Shown here one piece after another: positions 17,414-26,206 of a DNA stretch of 64,000 nt. The translations under genes and the position numbers were made by a program. Position 1 is the stretch's first letter. The number at the start of each line of letters is the position of its first letter. The notes under the pieces were generated by a model that saw only the letters and a list, made by a program, of their open reading frames with translations, searched no databases and was not told the DNA's origin. This stretch comes from Gemmatimonadota bacterium (GTDB taxonomy: Bacteria; Latescibacterota; UBA2968; UBA8231), in NCBI GenBank assembly GCA_038153405.1, contig JAYOYH010000007.1, positions 63,234 to 127,233 of the forward strand, in the 5' to 3' direction.

Positions 17414-20344
17414 ATGGAGCACGCGAATCGCGGTTATCGCTTGAGGTTACACGTCCTCGGGGTGCTTTGCGCGCTGGTCGCTCTGGGCGATGTCGGGTTT
17501 GCGCAGACGCACCTGCGCGATCGCGACTTTCTCAATCTGGGCTCGACAGAGGGCTATCTCAACTACGGCCGCACGGAATACGAGCCCTATCCCGAACTCA
17601 TTAGTGCGCGCAATCGCTACGACCGCCTGGGCAATTTTCAGATGCGCGGCCACAGGACGTTCACCTGGGAACTCCAGCGTCCTGGGTTTAGCGAAATCAG
17701 CACGCGCTCTGAGCAGTATCTGGGTTGGTTTAACAACCTCATCATTATGAATGATACTTACCGGGGTTGGGATTTCGGGGTGACGGTTGGTGAGGATATC
17801 CGCACTAAACTCACCGATTTGACCTTCCACGATCCGCGCTACTACGGTATTCGCATGGACGGCGCGTCGGCCGATAACCGCTTTACGCTACTGCTTAGCC
17901 AGGGCGGCACGCAGGCCACGCAGTCGCCCAATCCCAAGTTTTCCACTTTTCAGGGCGGCAAAGAGCGTTCGTCTGTGCTGATGTTTGGTGGACACTGGGA
18001 GACGCAGTTGGGCAATATCCTCAAACTGGGCGCTACTTATTTCAACCACCATATGTTGGATACGTTCAATGACAAGGGCGCCTTTGTCCGCGGCGATACA
18101 CCCTATAGCATGCTGGCGCCCGCCTTTATTACGATCATCGTCGAGGACGATTCGCCCGATGCCAATCAGGTCGGTGCCGTCGTATACGATGTGGGTATCG
18201 AAATTCAGGCCGAGTCGCTGGGGCAGCAAATCCGCCTTAGCAGCTTGGAAGGCGATGCCAACTACGATCCCACTCTGAGGCCGACGGTAGAAGGCGGCCT
18301 TCTCAACGCAGACGGCGGTCGTCACGTCAGCGGCGACGGCCAGCGCGTATTCTACACTTTCCGGATGCCCGAGTTCGCCCTGCCCGACGCGGCCGACTAT
18401 GCCAACGATCCGTCCGCGGCGTTAAACGGACTCACGGTCAAATCGGTTCGCTTTCTGGCCGATGTAGCCGGCGATTACAGAATATTGGTTAAGCAGCAGC
18501 ACCTCTTCTTCAATGAATCGGCCTACGAGAAGAACCTCGAAAAAGAGTATGTGCCCGGCGATAATAGCTACGTCAATCCATTCACCGGTTTGAAAGGAGC
18601 GGATGCCCTGCTGAGTCCGCAAGAAGCCTACGAAGCGGGGGAAGAAATATTCAAGCAGTGGCCGGTGCCGCCCAACCAGTCGATTAGCCAACTCAACCCC
18701 TTTATGCAGTTCAAATGGGATCTGGAAAACCCAGAAGAGGTGGCCTATACCGTCGTCCGCGCCGAGTCCAACTCAACCGATCTGAGCAACCGCCGCATCG
18801 TGAGCTTTGACTACGGCATTCCCACCGGGCAAGCGCTATTCGGTCTCAATAGCCACCTGACGTTGGGTGGATTTGATGTCAAGGCCGAGTTCGTTACAAA
18901 TCCGCAGTATTTTATCTACCCGATTGGGAATAATGCGGGCAAGCGATTTCAGAAGAAGACGTTGGCCTACTTCATCAATGCGGTCAAGCGCTACGAGTCG
19001 CTGTCCTTTGGCGTTGAACTCTTCCAACTCGACCCCGACTACGGCGGCAATTACGACAGCATTCGCGGTGGCGTGCCCTTTTTTACTGATGTGGCGCAAA
19101 CCGGTTCGCAAATGCAGGAAATATTCGTCATGACCGACAACGACGACAACGATCAGTGGCCCGACGAACTCATCGTCGAACTGCCTAGCGCAGACCGCCA
19201 AGATTCGGGCGTTTTTCCCGGCCTCGACGAAAACCAGGATCTGGTGCCCGATACCGATCAGAACCTCAACGGCATCGCCGACTGGACCGAGCCCATTATT
19301 TTTTACGATGCCGATCCACCCGAATTCGTCTACGGCCTCGACTTCAACAACAACGGCGTAGTCGATTTTCGCGAAAACGATGGGTTGCCCGATTACCCCT
19401 ATCGCCGTGATCGCCGCGGGTTCCACCTCTTCACGCGCAAGGACGGCCTCGGCTTGTTGGGTAAGACCCTTTCGCTGGGCTACTACGACACCAAGGAAGT
19501 GGCTGGTCGCGGCAGGGCCAAGGCCATCTACGCGCGCTACGAGTACAGCACGAACTCACCGTATTTGGGCCGTATTCGCATCAACGAGGATATCAAACGC
19601 GTAGAAGACAGTATTCGCGATGACGTCTATATCTGGCGCGATCGCAGCGTGCAGCGCATCGACTCGCCCTATCCGCACATCACGCCGCGTCAGATAGAGG
19701 AGCGCGACCTCAACTCGCAGTTGCTGCCGCCCGACAGGGACCCGTTGCTGATGCGCAACAGCCTAGTCAATACCCTCTTTATCGAGGCACGCACCAGCCC
19801 CATCATCGATTTTAATTTGATCAACAACATTCAATGGCTGCGCAACAGCCAGTCAGCTGACGAGTTTGACGACGGCGTAGTACAAGAAGAGGACGTCCGT
19901 TCGCTCATCACCATGGTCAATAAAGTCGACTATACGATCCGCGCTGGAAATGTTACGGTAAAGCCCATGTTCAAGCATTTGCTCCTGCGCGAACACTCGC
20001 AAAAGCTCGATCGCGAACAGGGTCAAGGCAGCACGCGCTCGTTTTCCATTTTTACGCCGATTTTGCGCACCCGTCTCGATCTGACCAACAAATCCTACCT
20101 GCAGCTGGGATTTCAGGGGTTGCCGTTCTGGCGCTACACCAAGACCGACCGCGTCGACAGCAGCCAGAATTTCAAGGAGTGGACTACCGTATTCATGTTG
20201 ACCAATCGATCGGATTACTATGGTTTTGCGCTGTCGACTCAAATTGGCTGGGAGACTACCCGCCGCGAGTATGACGACGAGATCAATTCGGCGCTCAACC
20301 GCAACAGCTCTACGCTGTTTTTCGATGTGCTGGCCGGCTTTTAA
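17414..20344 (+). CDS. Large putative outer-membrane protein B (~976 aa), paralog of 10375-13380
   Basis: Start placed at ATG 17414 (GAGGGAG RBS). Signal peptide, same motif order as paralog A, C-terminal LFFDVLAGF ending in Phe. Confidence 0.7.
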   Translation: MEHANRGYRLRLHVLGVLCALVALGDVGFAQTHLRDRDFLNLGSTEGYLNYGRTEYEPYPELISARNRYDRLGNFQMRGHRTFTWELQRPGFSEISTRSEQYLGWFNNLIIMNDTYRGWDFGVTVGEDIRTKLTDLTFHDPRYYGIRMDGASADNRFTLLLSQGGTQATQSPNPKFSTFQGGKERSSVLMFGGHWETQLGNILKLGATYFNHHMLDTFNDKGAFVRGDTPYSMLAPAFITIIVEDDSPDANQVGAVVYDVGIEIQAESLGQQIRLSSLEGDANYDPTLRPTVEGGLLNADGGRHVSGDGQRVFYTFRMPEFALPDAADYANDPSAALNGLTVKSVRFLADVAGDYRILVKQQHLFFNESAYEKNLEKEYVPGDNSYVNPFTGLKGADALLSPQEAYEAGEEIFKQWPVPPNQSISQLNPFMQFKWDLENPEEVAYTVVRAESNSTDLSNRRIVSFDYGIPTGQALFGLNSHLTLGGFDVKAEFVTNPQYFIYPIGNNAGKRFQKKTLAYFINAVKRYESLSFGVELFQLDPDYGGNYDSIRGGVPFFTDVAQTGSQMQEIFVMTDNDDNDQWPDELIVELPSADRQDSGVFPGLDENQDLVPDTDQNLNGIADWTEPIIFYDADPPEFVYGLDFNNNGVVDFRENDGLPDYPYRRDRRGFHLFTRKDGLGLLGKTLSLGYYDTKEVAGRGRAKAIYARYEYSTNSPYLGRIRINEDIKRVEDSIRDDVYIWRDRSVQRIDSPYPHITPRQIEERDLNSQLLPPDRDPLLMRNSLVNTLFIEARTSPIIDFNLINNIQWLRNSQSADEFDDGVVQEEDVRSLITMVNKVDYTIRAGNVTVKPMFKHLLLREHSQKLDREQGQGSTRSFSIFTPILRTRLDLTNKSYLQLGFQGLPFWRYTKTDRVDSSQNFKEWTTVFMLTNRSDYYGFALSTQIGWETTRREYDDEINSALNRNSSTLFFDVLAGF

Positions 20345-20388
20345 AAGGCCCAACCACCTAGGACGCAGAACGAACTGAGGATCCAACT

Positions 20389-23300
20389 ATGCTTCTTGTG
20401 AATCTTCTCGTGATTGCCATAATGGGCGGAGCTGTGGGGTTGACGTCGCGCTATTTTTCCCCGCAAGAGCTGCAAGATCGCTTTGGCTTTGGGCAAAAGC
20501 TCTATGCCTTGGGCGACTACGAGAAGGCCTTGCCTCATTTCGAAGCCGTTATGGCGACGAAAAACAACATCACGATCAACGTCGAAGATGTCACTGTTAC
20601 TCTCGACGAGTTTATCTTGCCCGTGCGAGTTGCTGCCACCTATCAGCTGGGCAATACGCACAACAAGCTGGGGCAGGACAAACTGCGCCGCTCGGGGTTC
20701 TTGCGCGCAGAGGGCAAAGAGGATCAAGCCGATCAGCGCTACCAAGAGGCATTGGAGGAATTCAAGCGCAGCTTGGAGTATTTTGGCGAAATAAGCGCTG
20801 GCGAAGAAATCGATGAGCGCACGCGGGTTATGGCGCAATTCCAGACGCTTGAAACCAACTACAAGCTCAAGCAATTTGATAGCGTGATTGAAGAGGGGGA
20901 ACGCCTGCTCGAGCAGTTTCCCAACAGCGTGTATGAGACGGCCGCTTACTATAATATCGGCTGGTCGTATTACGAATTGGGTCAATACGGCAACGCTATC
21001 GACAACTTTAAAGAAGTGATAACGCTGTCGCCGCGCGGTTCGCACGCCGACCGCTCATACTTTCAGATCGCCGAATCGTACGGCAATTTGGAAGAGTACG
21101 ACCAATCGCTGAACTACCTGGACCGGCTCATACGGCGCTATGACTTTTCCGCGATGTCGGAAAAGGAACTGATAGAAATGGCCAGCCTCAAGCTCAAAGG
21201 CCTCGTCGAGGAGACCTCGCGTGAATTGGTCGCCAAAGCACAGCTCAAGCGCGGCGATATTTTTTCCCGGCGCGGCGATGTAGATATGGCGCTGGCGGCC
21301 TATGCCAATGTGCCGGAAAAGTATCCGATGGAGACGGCACTAGTCGAGAATGCCTACATTCGCTCAGCCGAACTGATCAACGAAACGCGCGGCACCGACG
21401 CGGCGCTTATCGCCTACCAGAGCGCCATTGAAAACGTTGACGACAAGCGCTTTCAGGCCAGAACTCAGCTGACGATCGCGCGCTTGCTGTTTGAAAAAGA
21501 TGCCTTTGAACGGGCGGCCGAGCAGTACCGCATCTTCCTCAGCGCCTACGGAGACGTGGCGGCGCGCATTGGCTTTGCCGAAGACAAGGTGCTCTTCCGC
21601 ATCAGCCAGTGTCACCAAGCGCTGATTCGCACGCACTTGGCCAACGGCAATGCCGATGGGGCAGACGAAGCAACGGCTGAGGCGTTGAGGATCTACGACG
21701 AGCTGCTAGTCAAACACGGCGATAGCCCGCTGTTGCCCGACGTCTACTTCTCGCGCGGTTACGCCCGCCAGCTAATAAAAGACGCAGGAGCAGCCGACGA
21801 CTTCACGCATATGGTTAGTACCTACCCCGATCACCCAGCCGCCCCCAATGCGCTTCTGCAGCTTGCGCGCATCGACTTTGAGGCGGGTAAGTTCCAGAGG
21901 GCACAGGCGACCTATGAGCGATTGCTGACGGACTTTCCCGAATCTGACCCGATCAATCCCGCGCGTATGGAACTGGGTCTGTGCTTCAAGAATATGAACG
22001 ACCTGACCCGCGCAATCGCCTCCTTTGAATCGATTGATTCGCAGTGGAGCCAGTGGGGCAAAGTGCAGGCTGAGTTGGCCGACCTCTACGTGCGTTCCGG
22101 CGATCGCTCGGGTGCCAAGCGCGTGCTCGAGCGCGCTATGGAGCAGGTTGACAGCGATGAACTGCGCGGACAGCTCGTTTACGTAAAATCGCGCGTCCAC
22201 TTCACCGAGGCCGAGTATCGCGAGGCCATTGAAGGCTTTTCGCAAGCGCTGGAACTGCCTATTCGCGAAGATATTTACAACGGTTCGCTTCTCTCGCGGG
22301 GCAGTGCATACTACGAACTGGCCAAAACGCTCGATGCCAAGGGCGATACGGCGCGCGCGCGCGGCGAATACGAGTTGTCTTTGATTGATATGAAAGCGCT
22401 CCTTGAGCGCGACCCGCCAGCCAACATAAAGGACAGCGCATTTCGTACTTTGGGTGCGGGAATGATCCGTCTGCAGCGAGAGGACGAGGCCGTTCGCTAC
22501 TACAAAGAGCTCATCGCATCCAGCGATGATCAGCAGCAGCGCGCGACGTTTCAAATGCTGCTGATGGAGCTCTATTTTGATCAGCAGGCCTTCGAACAGT
22601 CTGAAATCTTTGCCCGAGAGCTCCTCGAAATGGATTTCGAGGACGACAACAACGCCGGCTATTACCGCAAAGAACGCGCCTATTCAATAATTGGCAACGC
22701 GCTTGTTCAGCGCAAAGATTATGCGGAAGCCAGTAAGATTTTCGCCGAAGGGCTAGCCCAGTATCCACAGTCGGGTGAGAGCGCCAACCTGGCCTTTTCC
22801 AAGGCGTTTTCTGATTTCAATGGCGGCGATTACGAACTGGCCGCTAAGGGGTTTGCTTTTTATGTCAATTCGTTTTCGAACGATCGCAATGCCGTACACG
22901 GCCAGTACTACCTGGCCCATAGCTATCAAATGCTCACCGACTTTGATAGCGCGGCGACGTCATTCAGTGAGCTAATGGATCGCTATCCTCGCTCGAACTA
23001 TACCGAAGAGGCGATGTTCTTAGTCGGGGAAAATTACTACAACAAGCGCGATTTCGCCGCCGCTTCGCAGGCCTATTCTACGCTGCTAGAGCGCTTTCCG
23101 AAGGGAAGGTATGGCGACGCGGCTCTGTACGCCAAGGCCTGGTGCGAATTCGAGCAAGAAGATATGGAAGCGGGAGTGGCTTCAATGGCCCAGCTCGTAA
23201 GCAACTTTCCCCAAAGCGAGTTTGCCGCCAAAGCTCAGTTTACGGTTGGCGATTACCACTACAACAACCGCAACTATAAAGAGGCGCTCAAAGCCTACTC

Positions 23301-23661
23301 TGTCTTGATCGAGTCCTATGCCTCTACGCCGGAAAAACAGCGCGCAGAAGCTCTCGTCGAAGAACTGAGCGAAATCGAGGCGAGTTTGGATTACGCTCAG
23401 GTTATGGGCAAATTCGAGTCAAAAGACTATGAAAATGCCATTAGGGGTTTTAAGGAAATTATCGAGAAATATCCCGATACCTATACGCAGCTGGCTGCCT
23501 ATTGCAATCTGGGGCTCACCTACGAGATCCTCAGGCAGTGGCCTCAAGCTGTCGAGAATTACGATCAAACCCTGGCCAGAGGGGAGGGCGATATCGAAAA
23601 TTCGGACGTCGTCAATTTTGCTCGTCTGCACCGGGATTGGATCGTCGAAAACAGGCTATAA
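20389..23661 (+). CDS. Very large TPR protein with BamD/CpoB-type repeats (1090 aa)
   Basis: N-terminal hydrophobic anchor or signal, then many repeats ending in (F/Y)P.S such as LLEQFPNSVYETAAYYNIGWSYY and LMDRYPRSNYTEEAMFLVGENYY. Confidence 0.88.
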   Translation: MLLVNLLVIAIMGGAVGLTSRYFSPQELQDRFGFGQKLYALGDYEKALPHFEAVMATKNNITINVEDVTVTLDEFILPVRVAATYQLGNTHNKLGQDKLRRSGFLRAEGKEDQADQRYQEALEEFKRSLEYFGEISAGEEIDERTRVMAQFQTLETNYKLKQFDSVIEEGERLLEQFPNSVYETAAYYNIGWSYYELGQYGNAIDNFKEVITLSPRGSHADRSYFQIAESYGNLEEYDQSLNYLDRLIRRYDFSAMSEKELIEMASLKLKGLVEETSRELVAKAQLKRGDIFSRRGDVDMALAAYANVPEKYPMETALVENAYIRSAELINETRGTDAALIAYQSAIENVDDKRFQARTQLTIARLLFEKDAFERAAEQYRIFLSAYGDVAARIGFAEDKVLFRISQCHQALIRTHLANGNADGADEATAEALRIYDELLVKHGDSPLLPDVYFSRGYARQLIKDAGAADDFTHMVSTYPDHPAAPNALLQLARIDFEAGKFQRAQATYERLLTDFPESDPINPARMELGLCFKNMNDLTRAIASFESIDSQWSQWGKVQAELADLYVRSGDRSGAKRVLERAMEQVDSDELRGQLVYVKSRVHFTEAEYREAIEGFSQALELPIREDIYNGSLLSRGSAYYELAKTLDAKGDTARARGEYELSLIDMKALLERDPPANIKDSAFRTLGAGMIRLQREDEAVRYYKELIASSDDQQQRATFQMLLMELYFDQQAFEQSEIFARELLEMDFEDDNNAGYYRKERAYSIIGNALVQRKDYAEASKIFAEGLAQYPQSGESANLAFSKAFSDFNGGDYELAAKGFAFYVNSFSNDRNAVHGQYYLAHSYQMLTDFDSAATSFSELMDRYPRSNYTEEAMFLVGENYYNKRDFAAASQAYSTLLERFPKGRYGDAALYAKAWCEFEQEDMEAGVASMAQLVSNFPQSEFAAKAQFTVGDYHYNNRNYKEALKAYSVLIESYASTPEKQRAEALVEELSEIEASLDYAQVMGKFESKDYENAIRGFKEIIEKYPDTYTQLAAYCNLGLTYEILRQWPQAVENYDQTLARGEGDIENSDVVNFARLHRDWIVENRL

Positions 23662-23697
23662 CACGCACCCTACAAGCGCTACAATGGGAGGTCTAAG

Positions 23698-24366
23698 ATG
23701 TCGGAAAATTTTATAGTCGGCCAGTTTCTCAAGGGCGGTCCAATGATGTGGCCGCTATTGATCTGTTCTCTCATTTCGATGGTCGTTGCCATCGACCGCC
23801 TGTTGAGCTATATGCGCCTGCCGTCTGAGGAAGAGGCGGAAGCACATCTTTCGGAAGTGGAATCGGTGTTGGAAAAGGGCGGCGAAGCGGCCGCCGTAGA
23901 GCACTTCAAGGCGAATAAAGGCGTGCTCAATTACGTTTTTGCCGCGTTGTTAAAACGCTATGACTCGCTCGTTTTAGAGAATCGGACGGATGTGGAGGAT
24001 ATGCGGCAGGAACTCATCACGGTTACGGAAGAGGCGGGCATCGACTATCTCGGCCGTCTGCTCAATGCCTTAGGGACGATTGGGGTGCTCGCACCGCTCA
24101 TGGGGCTGCTGGGAACGATCGTGGGAATGATCCGCGCCTTTGACGCCATTGCCCAGGCCGGTGCCGGCGATCCGGCCGCCGTGGCCAGCGGTATTTCCGA
24201 AGCGCTTATCACCACGGCTTCGGGTCTGATCGTGGCCATTCCGACCATCGTCTTTCACCGTTACCTATCTGCCCGGGCCGACAAGGCGTATAAGGAGATT
24301 GAACTCTACTGCCATGCCTTCGCCAACACGCTTATCGTTCGCTTTAGCAATCAGCGCGAGAGCTAG
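23698..24366 (+). CDS. exbB: MotA/TolQ/ExbB proton channel
   Basis: GGPMMWPLLICS; LGTIGVLAPLMGLLGTIVGMIRAF; GISEALITTASGLIVAIP. Confidence 0.93.
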   Translation: MSENFIVGQFLKGGPMMWPLLICSLISMVVAIDRLLSYMRLPSEEEAEAHLSEVESVLEKGGEAAAVEHFKANKGVLNYVFAALLKRYDSLVLENRTDVEDMRQELITVTEEAGIDYLGRLLNALGTIGVLAPLMGLLGTIVGMIRAFDAIAQAGAGDPAAVASGISEALITTASGLIVAIPTIVFHRYLSARADKAYKEIELYCHAFANTLIVRFSNQRES

Positions 24367-24381
24367 AAGAGGAGAAGGGGG

Positions 24382-24828
24382 ATGCCCAAAAGGCCAGCAC
24401 TAGCTCGGCGAATAAAGGGCAAGGCGCGCAATAATGCGCGTTTTGCGACCAGTACAGATCCGGATATGACGCCGTTGATCAACTGCATCTTTCTGCTATT
24501 GGTCTTCTTTATGGTGGCGACGACCTTTCTCAATACTAAGGGGCTTAGCGTTGATTTGCCTGGAGGCCAGGGGGATGATTCTTCGCGCGCTAGCAAAGAT
24601 ATCAACATCGTCATAGAAAAAGACGGTGCGATACAGGTCAACGGCGAATTGACGACGACCGAGCAGCTTGCCGAGCGGATTGGCAATATCGTTCAGTCCG
24701 ATAATATCAAGAATGTGATTATAGAGGCGCATCGCACCGTTCGACACCAAACGGTGGTCCAGGTCGTCGATATCGCGCGCGGACAGGGTATCCAAGCGGT
24801 GGCTTTTGCCAAGTCGGCGGAGGGCTAG
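24382..24828 (+). CDS. exbD: ExbD/TolR family protein with Asn at the conserved TM Asp
   Basis: MTPLINCIFLLLVFFMVAT (canonical motif is TPLID); VDLP; VIIEAH...VVQVVDIARGQGI. Confidence 0.88.
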   Translation: MPKRPALARRIKGKARNNARFATSTDPDMTPLINCIFLLLVFFMVATTFLNTKGLSVDLPGGQGDDSSRASKDINIVIEKDGAIQVNGELTTTEQLAERIGNIVQSDNIKNVIIEAHRTVRHQTVVQVVDIARGQGIQAVAFAKSAEG

Positions 24829-24830
24829 CC

Positions 24831-25280
24831 ATGGCGCGCAGAATGCAGACAAGCGATGCCAACAACAACGATCTTAACCTGACACCCCTGATTGACGCGG
24901 TCTTTCTATTGCTGGTCTTTTTTATGGTCACGTCAGTTTTTGTACAGGCCACGCAGTTAAAGATCGAGTTGCCCATTGCCGACAACTACGACAAGATCGA
25001 CCAGGAGAAAAAGCTGAGCCTGCTCATTTCGGCCGAGGGGCAACTCGAGTTTAACAGTCAGTTGGTGAGCATGGGCCAGTTGACCGGCTTCATTGAGGAC
25101 GAACGCCTGCGTTCGGGGTCGGGCACCCTCATCATAACGGCCGATGCGCAAACGCCGCACGGCTTTGTACTCGATGCGATGGAAATGGCGGTAATGGCAG
25201 GTGTGAGCAAGATCGACCTCGAAACCGGCGAAAACAAAGCGGCCGGAGAGGCCAGCGCCGCGGCCGCAGCAAAGGAATAG
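24831..25280 (+). CDS. exbD: ExbD/TolR family protein (canonical Asp)
   Basis: LNLTPLIDAVFLLLVFFMVTS; IELP; LIITADAQTPHGFVLDAM. Confidence 0.92.
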   Translation: MARRMQTSDANNNDLNLTPLIDAVFLLLVFFMVTSVFVQATQLKIELPIADNYDKIDQEKKLSLLISAEGQLEFNSQLVSMGQLTGFIEDERLRSGSGTLIITADAQTPHGFVLDAMEMAVMAGVSKIDLETGENKAAGEASAAAAAKE

Positions 25281-25283
25281 CGA

Positions 25284-26078
25284 ATGACGTCCCTTCGGTT
25301 GAGTTCTATTGCCCTGTGTATGTCCCTTATCGCCACGCTGAGCGGATGTGCCTATCTGGCCAGCCTCATCCCGCAAGAGATGTATTACGAAATCTCTCTC
25401 AGCCCTTTGCTGCCCGAGGGGAGAGGTGAGTATCAGGTTGACCCCGACGATCCCCAAGCGGTGACGTTTAGCCACGAGGGCATGGTCGTACGGGTGCGGC
25501 CCTATACCGACGACGAACTCAACGCGCTCTATCCACCGCTCTTTGACGGGCGCCATACCAATCCCTACACCACCGATCAACTCAATGTGGATCTCGGCTA
25601 CGTGCCGCCGATTTTTATGGTGTTTGACATAACGGTGGTCAACCAGACGTATTCCAAGATCGAATTTGACCCGGCTAGGACTTTGCTTACGACCAATACC
25701 GGACGCAAGCTGCGCTATTACGATCCCGGTAGAGCTGGAGAGGGCGTAGATCCGCTGGGTGGAAACCGCTTTAGCACCTATTATCAGACGGAGCGGGGCC
25801 GTTCGGGTATCGATAAGGACATCAACTTGGAACGCATGGGCCTTATTTACAAAACGGCTTTCCATCGCTTTCGCCCCGTCTTTCGCGGCGACGAGCGCAG
25901 CGGCACGCTGACCTTTGATAAGTTGCCTCCCGATGCGACCGAGGTGGTCCTTTCAGTTGATGACTTCGTCCTTTCTTTTGACGCGAGCGGCAACCCCGAA
26001 CGGACCATTGACTTTGAGTGCCGGTTTAAAGTCAACCAGGGCGTTGTTGAAAGCCAAGTCGATCCGCTGTTAGATTAG
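25284..26078 (+). CDS. Lipoprotein, paralog of 13386-14147
   Basis: Lipobox TLSGC; LGYVPPIF.VFDITVVNQT...EFDP...GTLTFDKLP...FKVNQGVV. Confidence 0.78.
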   Translation: MTSLRLSSIALCMSLIATLSGCAYLASLIPQEMYYEISLSPLLPEGRGEYQVDPDDPQAVTFSHEGMVVRVRPYTDDELNALYPPLFDGRHTNPYTTDQLNVDLGYVPPIFMVFDITVVNQTYSKIEFDPARTLLTTNTGRKLRYYDPGRAGEGVDPLGGNRFSTYYQTERGRSGIDKDINLERMGLIYKTAFHRFRPVFRGDERSGTLTFDKLPPDATEVVLSVDDFVLSFDASGNPERTIDFECRFKVNQGVVESQVDPLLD

Positions 26079-26206
26079 GGCGCCAGCCCCCTCTATCGGG
26101 GCCCATTTAACGAAGGTTAACTCACCTGTTTAAACCGCACATCGTTTCATCTGCAAGTAATTCGACCAGAGAATGCACGGCCTCCGCACTCTCTGGTCGA
26201 ATTGTA

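Noticed and set aside
20389..25280. Calling TPR + ExbB/ExbD a standard Tol-Pal locus
   Set aside because: No tolA, tolB or pal adjacent; two ExbD copies and novel OMP neighbours.
24957..25865. 302-aa minus-strand ORF
   Set aside because: Antisense to exbD and the lipoprotein gene, which have clear family motifs.
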